From assembly GCA_029953675.1 (NCBI GenBank), contig JAMWBK010000001.1, forward strand, positions 1,488,001-1,552,000: a DNA stretch of 64,000 bases, in the 5' to 3' direction. Shown here in pieces: positions 48,700 through 59,985 of the stretch. Made by a program: the position numbers and the translations under genes. The notes beneath the pieces are model-generated. The model saw nothing but the letters and a program-made list of their open reading frames with translations, did no database searches and had not been told where the DNA came from. The first letter of the stretch is position 1. Every line of letters starts with the position of its first letter. This stretch comes from Rhodosorus marinus CCMP1338 (lineage: Eukaryota; Plantae; Rhodophyta).

Positions 48700-50039
48700 A
48701 TGGGACCGTACGCGCTGTTACTCTTCGTGGTTGTAGCGGTTCAAGCGGTGGCTCAATCTCAAGATTGTTCCGCGGACCCATTGGCTGGAGCGTTTGAATT
48801 TTCAGAGTTCTGTAGACCCCTTCGCAACAGAGATGGAGTCCGGTTCGGCCAAGTGTGTGCGGACACCAAGTTGAACGACAAACAACTTGATCCCGGGGCA
48901 TTGTTCTTGCCGAGTTGTATCAGAGCCAAGTTTAGGGCTGATGATGGATATGAATTGAACCTGATCCGAGCTGGAGCGCACTTCGATGAGCCCCCTACCG
49001 GGCAGGATAGATTCACTTCTCGCAGGAACATCGACGGGTGGAAGACGAAGAACGAGGTGACGGATTCAATCAGATGGGCTAGGGTTCTCATTTGTCCCGA
49101 AGAATTGCAAGGACAGACAGATTGTTGCGGGCAGGGCGTCCGGTTGGTCGCTTCCGCGGTCGTCAGTAGGATAGGCAGTAGCGACGAGCAAATCCGGGTT
49201 TTTCTGGGCGCCGAGGACGACGATGATATGTGCACGACGAGGGAAAGCGACAACACGACTGCCTGTGACGTTATGATTGCTTGCCCACCGTGCGAGACGG
49301 GTGATTGTCGAGGGCCAGGAGGAGTTTGTGAGGATGCCCTAGCGTTTGAATGCCCGATCGGCGAGGTAAGTCAAGTCGCAAAATCTGCTCCCGCAGAGCG
49401 CTGTTTTCGGGGGTCGCTCCCGCGCCCGAGGTCTCAGCTCTGATGATTTGTGAACACTTTGGGATACGACTAACTTTGTTAGCAACCACCAATGTCTAGG
49501 AACCATTTATTCGAGAGGATGGATTCTGCGATTGTTCGCAACCTACGGCGACATCCTCCCCAGCCCCTTCAAATGGTCCTGTAAAATTGACGTGCTCTAC
49601 CCGCAACGTGTTTGTGGCCAAGTTTGTCGCAGATGGCATGCTAAGGCTCAGTGTATACGGCGTATCTTTAGGTGCCTGTAACAGCTATTTTGATCTGGTT
49701 AATAGCGGAGGAGGACCCTGCAACCAACCAATCGACCTTGGCGTGTTCTTCCCATCTTGTTTTCACTTAACCCCAGAACCGAATGGGTGTCCCAGCTGTT
49801 CAGAAATAGGCTTCTTAAATCAGACTTGTGGGGGTGATGACGGGCTTGAATCAATCATTAGCACTGCTGTGTTGTGGTTCTGCCATGAAGAAGGAGGCAA
49901 CCCGGACGAAATTCTTCTGATAACGTGCGCATCAGAGTACCCGGACGGACAAAATGACTGTCGGTTCGAAGACGGTGCAGACTGCAATTGTCCGGCAACT
50001 ATTCCTGCTCCAGAGACACTCCCTCCAACAAACTCTTAG
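48700..50039 (+). CDS. Secreted Cys-rich protein paralogue, two exons (48700-49365, 49500-50039)
   Basis: Same signal peptide and splice signals as the 31346 gene; both exons open. Confidence 0.85.
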
Positions 50040-50142
50040 TCCTGCTGACTTATGCTAGCTGTTCCCTATAGAAAATGGTCTTCCAACCCGCTCTGGGGTC
50101 TCCTTAGCCTCGCCCTTCCTGCTTTCCTTGAGTATCCCTGGA

Positions 50143-50420
50143 GCTACATTCGGTAGTTGGAGTAAACGGAAACAGTAAAAACTGTTCAGTATCTCTTGCG
50201 CTACCTTCGGTAGCTGGAGTAAACGGAAACAGTAAACTGTTCTGTGTCTCCTACGCCGCATTCGGTAGTTGGAGTAAACAGAAACAGTAAATAAGCATTC
50301 AGTACCTCTTGCGCTACATTCGCTAGTTGGAGTAAACGGAAACAGCAAAAACCACGCTCTGGAGTCTCCTTTTCCTAGCTCCTGTTTTCCTTGCGAATCT
50401 GTAGTGCTACATTCGGTAGT
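50143..50420. repeat. ~55-58-bp minisatellite, four units plus a partial unit
   Basis: GCTACATTCGGTAGTTGGAGTAAACGGAAACAGTAAA repeated; single unit in the paralogue at ~32785-32840. Confidence 0.9.
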
Positions 50421-50487
50421 GCGGGATAAAGGAAAAACTGAAAGAGACGGGGATTGGATATCAGACCAACCAGTAGTTGAGGAGCTG

Positions 50488-50800
50488 TCAGAGACGAAGA
50501 CATTGTGGGGGTGGATATTGCAAAAACAGATCCTCGTCTGCGAGTACTCTGTTGATAGCATGGTCCTCGATTGCCTCAGTACATCCCCATAACAGCTCCT
50601 TACAGGAGAGAAACCTCGATCGATTCTCGTCCGCCTCGGCGTTGCACCTACTGAACGCCTGTTCCAGAGCATCATAGATACTCAGAAGCGCTGGCGGAAG
50701 GGTCACGGGGTCCTCTGTAGTCAGTTCTCGAGCCAAAAGACAGGCACTTCGCATCCGAAAACTCACCAAGGCACGAAGCGCGGTGGCCCAGGAGGCGACC
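50488..50800 (-). mobile_element. Family A internal relic
   Basis: FRMRSACLLARELTTEDPVTLPP matches the family A ORF. Confidence 0.8.
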
Positions 50801-51799
50801 GTCGCAGGTGAGTATACGAGGCCACTGGCTCAATAGCGGGGGTGGTGGTCCGTGGTGCAACTTCTTCCGAGCGCAAGCCGACTCTCTCGTCGTAGCCGAG
50901 CAGGTTCCGGGGGTCTGGTTCGAGGCTCGTATGCACGGTCACTTGGTGACCGTGACGGCGCTGTGCGAACAACGCGAAGACTCCGGTGCGGAAGACTCCA
51001 TTCCCCATAGCACTGCTAATAAAGCCAGATGAATGGGATGGCATCTGGATGGCAGATGAGCAACGCGTGTGTGGGGACAAAATCAATGTGCGCGATTAGT
51101 TGTGCCGGTAGGCCCAGGGCCGTGCAGAGCACCTTCTTGTGATCTGACAGCACCACCGTTTGCGTGCGCGGCGACCTAACACTTGGGTTTCCGGGCCAAT
51201 GGACTGCCTATTACGGTCGCATGTAGTTGGTACAAGGCAATGTGTTGGGGGAAGGGTCCAAGGGGGGACCCCAGAAGCACATTGCACCAGAGTAGGAAAA
51301 AAATTCAAGGTTTTCCTGTCCCAAAGTGCCAGAATGGGACTGTCCCACCAGCCGCGCGCGCCCTGATCCCATATGGCCCTTGTCTTTTACTCAATTCTAG
51401 GTCCTAAAGATCTAGCAAGGCTAGGCCTTATATAGTCTTGGTTACTGTAAACTAAAAAATACCTGACAGTAAAGTAGAAACTAGTGGATGCTAAAACATT
51501 CACGTCCGCACTAAAAGTAGGTGCCTGACACTAAAACAAAGACGGATTATACAGCTGTCAGCGGAGGTTCTCGCATTCCTCAAGACGAGGTTGGGCGCAA
51601 AATCAAAAAGTTGAAGAGCATCGAGCATTTTTCGGTAGTTGAGGTAGTGCCGGAGGCGTTGTCGAGACAGCATATCCGCAGGATAATCGTATTCAGGGAG
51701 CCAAATAGCATCAGTCCACGATTCATTTTCGCGGTAGCATAGAAACTGGCGGGTGCCTTCGTCGTCAGTACGCACGCTCAATACCGATTACACAGGTTG

Positions 51800-52560
51800 C
51801 GTCGGGTTGGCAACGGAGCGGACTTCGGAGTCACCGAGCAGGTGACTAGTGTGGACGGGAAGGCGGTTTGCACGGATCAGAAATCTTTCCATCGAGACGG
51901 AGCAAGGATATTGTATGCAAAGTGGAAGCAGGGGAGGAGCTGAAACTTGAGGCTATCCGAGGGGACACTGGTGGCGCGATCATTATCGGGGAGGCAGAAC
52001 TGGACTGTGCGGTTGGAACTCGGAAACCGGTGTGTGAGATGTCCTCGCTTCCCAGTAGCTGTCGGATAGGAGACACGATCGAGTATGCAGGGCAGTGCTA
52101 CCGCTTCATCGGAGAGGAACTAGGTGGGAGCGCAATCAGCTGGGATATCACATTGGTCCATTGTGAACCGGAATGTAAACGACCATCCGGAAGTCAGGGT
52201 GGAGGGAAGGGAGAATGGGAGTTACGAGATTTCCGATCACGGCGACTACTTTTTTTGTTAGGATCGACTGCACGGTGACGGACGGGGGTGAGGTCTCCAA
52301 GACGTCGGCGAGTGTGCTTCCGGAGACGGCATTGATAATGGTGGAAGCGGTGCCGAGCGGGAAGGTGGCTACCGTCGATGGTACGAACGGCGAGACGCCC
52401 CTCTCGAAAAACGAGTGGTCGTTGGCTCCATGTTCACCGTGGACGTCGACCCGGTTGGATTTGGGATCTGGTCCCATGGCAATCCCCTCGGTTCAAATTT
52501 TGACTACTCTCTCACGGATTACACCCCCGCTGTCTTCATCGCCAAGTTTAACTGACGCCC
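51800..52560 (+). pseudogene. Diverged 3' fragment of the GSDH/Ig/NPCBM gene
   Basis: Homologous to ~58865-59613 with several frameshifts. Confidence 0.85.
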
Positions 52561-52679
52561 AGCGGGAGGCTCGGAAATGAATGCACCTTTTGCCGACTGC
52601 AGGAAATGCCGAGCTCTTGGAGGCCTTTCTTATAAAGCCTATTCAAGACATGAAAGCAACACTCTTAGGATATGTGAAT

Positions 52680-53850
52680 GCATGAATGAGTTGTTTAATC
52701 GGAGACTGAAAGAAAAAAGCCCGGAGGAGAAAATAAGTCTAAGCGCCGCGAAGATGGCGAGCCCCCAATATCAACGCAGGTTTCATACGCCATAACAAGA
52801 AACTCAATCGGGTAAACGACGATTGAAGACGCTTCGGGCGTTCGAGGAATATCTCCCGAAGCCAACTAAGACCCAATGGAGCCCATAAACCCAAAAGGAT
52901 TCGATAATCAAAGTACCCGGCGATGAGCAAGAGCTGGAACACGAACAGCAGGTGGACGGGAAGCCCTCGCATATTTTTTTGACGGCTATCGTCAGAGCTG
53001 ACCGCTAGATCGGCCATTCGCCTGTCGCAGAGGCTTCTCACGTTCATTTTCAAGACGGGCTTACCGGGCGATAGGCCGAATTTCCCTGTGTAACAAGTTC
53101 AAAATCCGCGTATGGAGACGGGTTCGAGCACCTTTCACCGCCGGGCAACTAGCGAGCACGTGGGCGCCAAAATCCCGCGATGAGCCACTGAGAGCTAATT
53201 CACCCCCGAAAACTACGTAGGGAGTCGCGATCTCGGATAGGGGAGGCCATCTGCAGGAGAAATCAGCCATATGCGAAATTTTCCCAAAAAGAGTGTTTTG
53301 TACCGCATCAGTGTGTGCGGTAAAGCGACTCCCAGAGCCCAGTGCATCATGAGGAGGATCGCGAGGGACCTCCGTTTCGTGCTCCACTACAGGATCAAGC
53401 GCGACCAGTACAGGGACAGAAGCGAGTCCCACGAGCACCAGCAAAAAAAAAGCTCGTCAAGCGGGGATGGGTATCAGCAGGGAGACTAGTACAAAATAAA
53501 ATCGCCGATTGAAGTTCCAAAAACAAACCCCGGGCGCAGTCGAGGACACTGGAGTGTAGTTCATCCCGGGAAAGACTGCCCTCTAGATTCCGGAAACATG
53601 AAACCCCCAACGCGCACAATGTCGGAATCGCGGTGCCCCTCGGACCCGACCACAGTTGCTGGTTGGAATACAGCTCGGTTACAGAGGCCTAGACAGCTCA
53701 CGCGTCGGGGGAGGCCCACTTGGGCCTCCACGACATCACGAGTGGGGTGTGGAAGGTAAAACCAGCTCGGGCGTCGGGCTTGGCCACCAGTTCGGGGACA
53801 TGAGCGCAACCGCACCAAAACCAAAAGAAAAAACGACGATTGATATCAAA
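52680..53850 (-). mobile_element. Highly degenerate family B relic
   Basis: HVLASCPAVKGARTRLHTRILNL, QVGLP..LGLCNR; B-type terminus at ~52690. Confidence 0.75.
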
Positions 53851-54544
53851 CCCCAAAATACGATCGTCTACAGTACATACGGGTTATCCAATAGCTACTA
53901 ACGATAGTATCGTACTGCCGCTTACTGAATTGCACCGATCGCACTATGGAAGTACTTCATACAAAATCTAAGAAAAAAATGAAATATAAAATAATATATT
54001 TACTATTTACCCTATTTATTTCTAAATATATATCTAATCCGTTCTAAATCCATGCTTTTTGGTTCTTTTTGGTTCGATCGAGATACCTCTTGTTTTTCTT
54101 TCATTTTCGGAGTACTTGTTTTTATTTATATTTTGTCTCGAATGCTTTTCGTGTGTGATAATGATAGGAGGCGTTTTTTTCTGCGAAACAGGCCAATGCG
54201 AATGTTACTCAGGGTCAGTACCGCTAGTGGCAAACTTGGTTGAGCCTTTGGAGGATGCCCTACCGATGACCCATGGGGAAGGGTTTCCTTTGCTCGCTGC
54301 GACTTGAGGTCGGGAGCGTTCAATCGATGTTGGCTATGGACCAACATCACCGCTGAACCCGCGTTTCCTTCAATTCCATCCTCTCTACCCCGCACATGGG
54401 TGTCTCGCCGTATAGCCTCACTCGGTGGCGGACGGAACTCGAGCTCCAATGGGCTTCCAAGAAGGAAACGAATACTGGCAGCCCTCTCGGAACCCTGTGT
54501 GCCCCGCCGATTGAGGGAATGAAAACCTCTATTTTTTCCTGCAT

Positions 54545-55480
54545 TCAGCTGGCCAAATGACGTGAGGGCCAATGTTAACCGATTGACTATTTCATGCGTC
54601 ATTCGCTGGAATCTCCCCTGGTACCATCCAAAGCACAAAAAATACTTATTTTTGAGTACTTCTCTTCACCCCTGGCCAAAAAAAAGGTGTTAGGATCAAT
54701 GTTCCTAACGAAGATATTCGCTGTCAGTTTTCCCTGGTGAATACATCAAAACCGTCGCTTTCGGAGTCATTATCCTGGCCAAATGCCAGTCGGGGCTAAT
54801 GTTCCCAAACCAACGAGTGCCTAGTTGGGGTCCCGTACTCGCGCCTAGAGCTCATCTCTACCGTAACGTGGTTTTTCGGGACAAACCCTTGTGGCCAAAT
54901 GGGTGTGCTTGAGCCAATGTTCCCAGGGGAACATTGGACTTGCTAGGTCTTTCGGCCCTCATCGAACCCAATCAAAAACGAGTCCTGTTCGGTACGATTT
55001 CCGGACCAAGGCTTCCTTGGTCAGGAGACCCAAAAAATCTTACAGCCTGGTTTTCGAGGGGAATGGGCTGGCCAAATTGAGTCTCGACCAATTTTCTTTT
55101 ACGAATATCCTCCTTGAAGATCACCTTGGCCAAAAAGGGATGTCATGGTCATGGTTCTGAAAGGGAACATCTGGACTTCTGTAAGCCTTTGGTCAGCATC
55201 GAACCGATCAAAAAAACGGGTCTTCTCCTGTCCGGTACGATTTCCAGGCCAAAAGATGAAATCCTTAGAAATTATTTTTTCTGCGTCGGGAGGGCGAAGA
55301 TCTTACAACCTCCGTTTCGAGTGTAATGGACGGGGTTTGGATGCAATGTTCTTTTTAGGAGAATATCGGCCTTGAGAGTTCTTCTGGCCAAAAGGGATGT
55401 CATGGCCAATGTTCCCAAAGGAACATTTGGACTTCTTTTAAAGCCCTTTGGCCCGCCATCGATAGTGGAAGAGGTTAAAA
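54545..55480. repeat. Degenerate ~105-130-bp tandem repeat with a TGGCCAAA...CAATGTTCC core
   Basis: Cores at about 54550, 54672, 54775, 54893, 55070, 55127, 55385. Confidence 0.65.
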
Positions 55481-55827
55481 GAGTGGGGGTGGAGGGATCG
55501 GTGGGGGGAGGAGAGTGGTGTGGGAATGACGAAAGAGTTGTAGACTACTTTTTACGTATCTTTCACCAGAGACTTTGGCAGCTTGAGGGACCAAAAAGGT
55601 TTTATTTGGATGGGACCTAGGTCTCATCTAAGTCCGTAGTGAACTGCCAGCTGGTCTGGTCCAGGCGGTTGAGCCTTTCTGTTGATATATTGACGGTTTA
55701 GGCATCAGGTTGAGTGGGTCGAAAGCGTTTGGAGCTGGGAGGAGTCAGACTAGGAAGAACCCGCGTGCTCACGTTCGGGTTCGCAGGCTCTGGGGATCTG
55801 GTAAGCAAACAAGAGGGAAAAATCAGG

Positions 55828-58800
55828 ATGGTCGCCGATGTGTTTGTATTGGTGCTCGTTGCGCAATTTTTGCTGCGGACGGCGTTCGGCGCACCGCTCA
55901 CCAAGGTTGACTTCGAAGATGCTCCTGTCGTGGAGAATATTGATGGTCTTCCGACCGACTTCGCATTTCTGCCTCCTGGTCAGACTGACCGCATTCTGGT
56001 GACGGGTTATAGGGGAACGGTTCAGGTCGTCGTAAGAGGAGCGGTGCAGGAAAAACTGTTTCTGGACGACAGGGTTTCCCAGGAGGAGTTGGACAATTGG
56101 ACGGGCTACCCCAGATTGTGGGATCGAGGCCTGGCGCCAGAGTATCGATCCGTTGCCGTAGATTCCGACTTTCAAAATCACCCATACGTCTACGTCTCAT
56201 ACGTTCACTACTTTGAAAGAGTGCCAAGAACTCCTCCCCAAGGGTTTGTGGCTCGGTACAGGGTGAGCAATGACCTCTCGGAGGCGATTCGTAGCTCGAA
56301 GAAGTTCATTCTCGGAGGATACGTGAATGGAAATTGTACGCAAGTTAGCACAGCAGAGGACAACGTTTGCATTACTCATTCGGATCATACGATGGGAGGA
56401 ATAATATCGGACCCCCAGGGACGAATTTGGATATCGGTAGGGGACTCCGCGCGTGCGGACGATTTTGACAGGCCGAACGCGATGAGGGCTCAGGACGTCG
56501 ACAGTCTGTACGGGAAGGTCCTCAGGGTAGATCGGAGTGGTAGAGGCCTACAAACTAACCCCTACTACGACGGTAATCCGGATGCGAACCGGTCAAAGGT
56601 GATGGCTTTGGGCCTTCGCAACCCATGGAACATCCATTGGGACGCTGAGCTTGGTACTCCATGGGTCGGTGATGTTGGAGAGATAACCCTGGAAGAGTTC
56701 AATCTGGTTCAACCGGGTGCGAACTTCGGGTGGCCATGCATGGAGGCAGAGCTTGATCGCTTTCAGTTTGGCATCTTCGACGAGTGCATTGATTTGTTCA
56801 ACAATATCCCGCCATCCTCGGGGGCCTCGTATGTGGGTACGAAAGTGAATCCGAAACTAAGCTACTCCCACCAGGAAGGTACTGCGATTACTGCCGCGTT
56901 GAGAGTCAACGTCGAGGGTTGGCCTGACGCTTTCAACAACGCCGTGTACTACTGCGACTATTCCGGAAACTGGATACGGTACGTCAAGGTAGACGACGTC
57001 GGTAACGTGGTTTCTGCGCCTCTCGAGTTCGCCACAGGGGTCCCCGGACCGATCAACCTTCGACCGGGGAGCGACGGATGTCTTTACTACCTGGCTCTCG
57101 CTTCCAGTCAGATAGGCAGGATCTGTTACAGGGAGAATAATTCGCCGCCGGAGGTGGTTGGAATCGTACCGCCGCATGGGTTCATGGGCGCGGCTAGGTC
57201 GACGTTGGTTGAGGTGGCTGTAAGCAAGAAGGTGACCCCGGAATCGGCACAAGCGGCTATAGTTGTGGTAGAGACTGTATCCGGGGATGTTGTCGCAGGC
57301 CATGTGGAGCAGGATGACGTTAGGAACATTCTTACCTTTGTTCCAAACGAGTTGCTGAAGGAGGACGCACAGTATACGGTGACTGTTTCTGGGTTGGTCG
57401 ACTGGAAAAATCTCTCCATGATAGGCGGGCTGACGAGTACTTTTTATACGGGCAGAGGGTTCGTGAAGTATGTTTCCGACCTTGCCCTGTCCGTGGATCC
57501 TACGCCCGAATCGGTTTTCCGTGACACGGCGATTGATGGCGTGACTCCTATACTGATTCGCGGCAGGCGATTCAGAAAGGGCTTGAGTTTCGTCCCTGTT
57601 GTGCAAGTGGAGGTTCAAGTCCCCGCTGACTGCACGTCGATCGAAGGTTTCTACGGGATGGACGACACTGCAAGGTGGATCCTAGCGGGCGCACTCATCT
57701 TTACGATCGCTGTGGATGGCAGAATCGTGTACGACTCAGCCGTGGATGGACTCGGATTCCCCAGCAGAAAGATCGATCCTGCGACCTTCTTCAATATGGA
57801 TGTCGAGAGCGGGAGCACCTTGACGCTGGGAGGCGACTTTGGACGGAGACACGAGAATCAAGAAGACAATCGCGGAGCGTGGGCCGATGTCAAGTTTCGC
57901 TGCGGGAACATAGACTCTAGGGCACCAAAGATAGAGTCCCTCGAGCCTGCCGACGGTGCGACTACTTCAATCGACCCGGTGATTCGCATTACGTTCGACG
58001 AGGTCATGAACTACAACACGGTCATCCAGGCGGTGAGCATTGCGTCGATGGATGGGCGCAGCGTCCCGTGGCTTCCTGTTGAGAGTGCCGAGCCCCGGCT
58101 GTTCGCGCTCGAGTTGGAGGATTTGGAGTTTGATACGGTGTACGTGGTCACCGTATCGAAGACGGCTGTTGACGTGTCTGGAAACCCATTGGAGGAAGAC
58201 GTGCAGTGGTCTTTTGCTACTGAGTTGCCGCCGGCAAGCGGAGAGATGCTCCAACTCCTGGAAGACTTGACACCCAAGCGGTCGAGAGGTGGAGTATCGT
58301 TCAATGGATTTCCCAGGAGCCTTAGTCCAGGAGTGAAAATATACAAGAATGGTCTTGGTATGCAGGCAACCGCGATGGTCAGCTTCGACCTGGGTGGTCT
58401 CGGTTGTAGTCGGTTGAGAGGACTCACTGGTAAGGATGCGGCTGCAGGAGGCAATTCTGGTGCTTGCCGGTTGCAGGTTTTCAGCGGGGGAAGTGAGGAA
58501 ACGTCGCGGGTGCGCTTGAATCGGTACCCTCGTGCGGGTCAACGGTCGCGCGGGCTAAGTGTTGGTCTGGGAGGGGATACCTATCTCGAAATTAAGGTTT
58601 CCGCCGGGGGGGATGGGGGCCACGTTAAGGACCTTTGCAACATCGCGCGAGCTAGGGTGGAGTGCGATGGTGTTGATATCTACCTAACCAAGCTCACGCC
58701 GTTGTCTGAGCGGGGGATAGTTGAGCGGAACAGGAGCGCAGTGCAGCTGCCGTTGCAGCTGCTCAGATCCTCGATGACATTCGAAACTGGAATTGTTATC

Positions 58801-59613
58801 CCCGCTGGGGCGGAATTGACGTATGCAATTCCTGGACGGTGCTCGACAATCAGCTTCACAGTGGGTGCGGGCAATGGAGCGGACTTTGGAGACACCGAGT
58901 TGGTGGCTACTCTGGACGGAGAGGCGGTTTGCACGGATCAGAAGTTTTTCCATCGAGACGGAGCAAGGATATTATCATGCAACGTGGAAGCAGGGGAGGA
59001 GCTGAAACTTGAGGCTATCCGAGGGGATACTGGTGGCGCGATCATTATCGGGGAGGCAGAACTGGACTGTGCGGTTGGAACTCGGAAACCGGTGTGTGAG
59101 ATGTCCTCGCTTCCCAGTAGCTTTCGGGTAGGAGACACGATCGAGTATGCAGGGCAGGGCTACCGCTTCAACGGAGAGGAACTAGGTGGGAGCGCAATCA
59201 GCTGGGATATCACGCTGGTCCATTGTGAACCGGAATGTCACGACCATCCGGAAGCCAGGGTGGAGGGAAGGAACAGCGGGAGCTACGAGATTCCCAATCA
59301 CGGCGACTACTTTTTCATCAAGATCGACTGCACGGTGACGGACGGGGGTGAGGTCTCTAAGACGTCGGCGAGTGTGCTTCCGCAGACGGCATTGATAACG
59401 GTGGAATCGGTGCCGAGCGGGAAGGTGGCTACCGTCGATGGTACGAACGGCGAGACGCCCCTCTCGAAAACAGTGGTCGTTGGTTCAAGGTTCACTGTGG
59501 ATGTCGACCCCGTCGCTTTCGGCATCTGGTCACACGACAATACTCTCGATCCAACTTTTGACTACCATCTTGAGAGCAACACCCCCGTGGTCTTCACCGC
59601 CAACTACAACTAA
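55828..59613 (+). CDS. Secreted PQQ-dependent glucose/sorbosone dehydrogenase-like (GSDH beta-propeller) protein with Ig-like (Big_5-type) and NPCBM-like domains
   Basis: Intronless ORF; signal peptide MVADVFVLVLVAQFLLRTAFG; propeller motifs HTMGGI..DPQGRIWISVGD, ALGLRNPW, GDVG...EEFN..QPGANFGWPC; PxVxxxxPxDG Ig starts; KGLS/NGLGM...CxxxxGxxGxDD NPCBM-like repeats. Confidence 0.85.
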   Translation: MVADVFVLVLVAQFLLRTAFGAPLTKVDFEDAPVVENIDGLPTDFAFLPPGQTDRILVTGYRGTVQVVVRGAVQEKLFLDDRVSQEELDNWTGYPRLWDRGLAPEYRSVAVDSDFQNHPYVYVSYVHYFERVPRTPPQGFVARYRVSNDLSEAIRSSKKFILGGYVNGNCTQVSTAEDNVCITHSDHTMGGIISDPQGRIWISVGDSARADDFDRPNAMRAQDVDSLYGKVLRVDRSGRGLQTNPYYDGNPDANRSKVMALGLRNPWNIHWDAELGTPWVGDVGEITLEEFNLVQPGANFGWPCMEAELDRFQFGIFDECIDLFNNIPPSSGASYVGTKVNPKLSYSHQEGTAITAALRVNVEGWPDAFNNAVYYCDYSGNWIRYVKVDDVGNVVSAPLEFATGVPGPINLRPGSDGCLYYLALASSQIGRICYRENNSPPEVVGIVPPHGFMGAARSTLVEVAVSKKVTPESAQAAIVVVETVSGDVVAGHVEQDDVRNILTFVPNELLKEDAQYTVTVSGLVDWKNLSMIGGLTSTFYTGRGFVKYVSDLALSVDPTPESVFRDTAIDGVTPILIRGRRFRKGLSFVPVVQVEVQVPADCTSIEGFYGMDDTARWILAGALIFTIAVDGRIVYDSAVDGLGFPSRKIDPATFFNMDVESGSTLTLGGDFGRRHENQEDNRGAWADVKFRCGNIDSRAPKIESLEPADGATTSIDPVIRITFDEVMNYNTVIQAVSIASMDGRSVPWLPVESAEPRLFALELEDLEFDTVYVVTVSKTAVDVSGNPLEEDVQWSFATELPPASGEMLQLLEDLTPKRSRGGVSFNGFPRSLSPGVKIYKNGLGMQATAMVSFDLGGLGCSRLRGLTGKDAAAGGNSGACRLQVFSGGSEETSRVRLNRYPRAGQRSRGLSVGLGGDTYLEIKVSAGGDGGHVKDLCNIARARVECDGVDIYLTKLTPLSERGIVERNRSAVQLPLQLLRSSMTFETGIVIPAGAELTYAIPGRCSTISFTVGAGNGADFGDTELVATLDGEAVCTDQKFFHRDGARILSCNVEAGEELKLEAIRGDTGGAIIIGEAELDCAVGTRKPVCEMSSLPSSFRVGDTIEYAGQGYRFNGEELGGSAISWDITLVHCEPECHDHPEARVEGRNSGSYEIPNHGDYFFIKIDCTVTDGGEVSKTSASVLPQTALITVESVPSGKVATVDGTNGETPLSKTVVVGSRFTVDVDPVAFGIWSHDNTLDPTFDYHLESNTPVVFTANYN

Positions 59614-59777
59614 GGCCAAGCGGTTCTGAAGTTGATAGCAGATTTGCGATGAAAGCTGTGCTGTCGAATGCTCAACTGAATGCCCACGTGAACCCAGTTA
59701 TTGTCCAGAATGTTTGGTATTATCGTAGGAAGGAAAATCCATTGGTTGATTGCGTAGGATGAATCCAATCAAACATG

Positions 59778-59985
59778 GGGCTACCAGCGGAAATGTTTTG
59801 CTGAGCATCCTACTGAATATTTGGCGCTCTTGAGGCGTTTAAGTGTCTCCCTTTGGCGATATTCCAGCGACATGCTTTCCGAGGCGCGCCATCGGCGCCT
59901 GGGGTTGCATGCTTCCCTCCCTAGTTATTAGTTCATCTTCACGCCTTGCGTAGCGCTTCAGGCTATGCTAGTAAAGTCCAGTAAA
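59778..59985 (+). mobile_element. Young family A 3'-terminal fragment
   Basis: Near-identical to ~2478-2680 including the tail. Confidence 0.88.

Noticed and set aside
49580-49960. Diversity-generating retroelement template/variable pair
   Set aside because: Differences are not adenine-specific, include indels, and the RTs present are CRE or Gypsy type.
50143-50420. CRISPR-like array
   Set aside because: Units are contiguous degenerate repeats with homologous rather than unique spacers; no cas genes; eukaryotic context.
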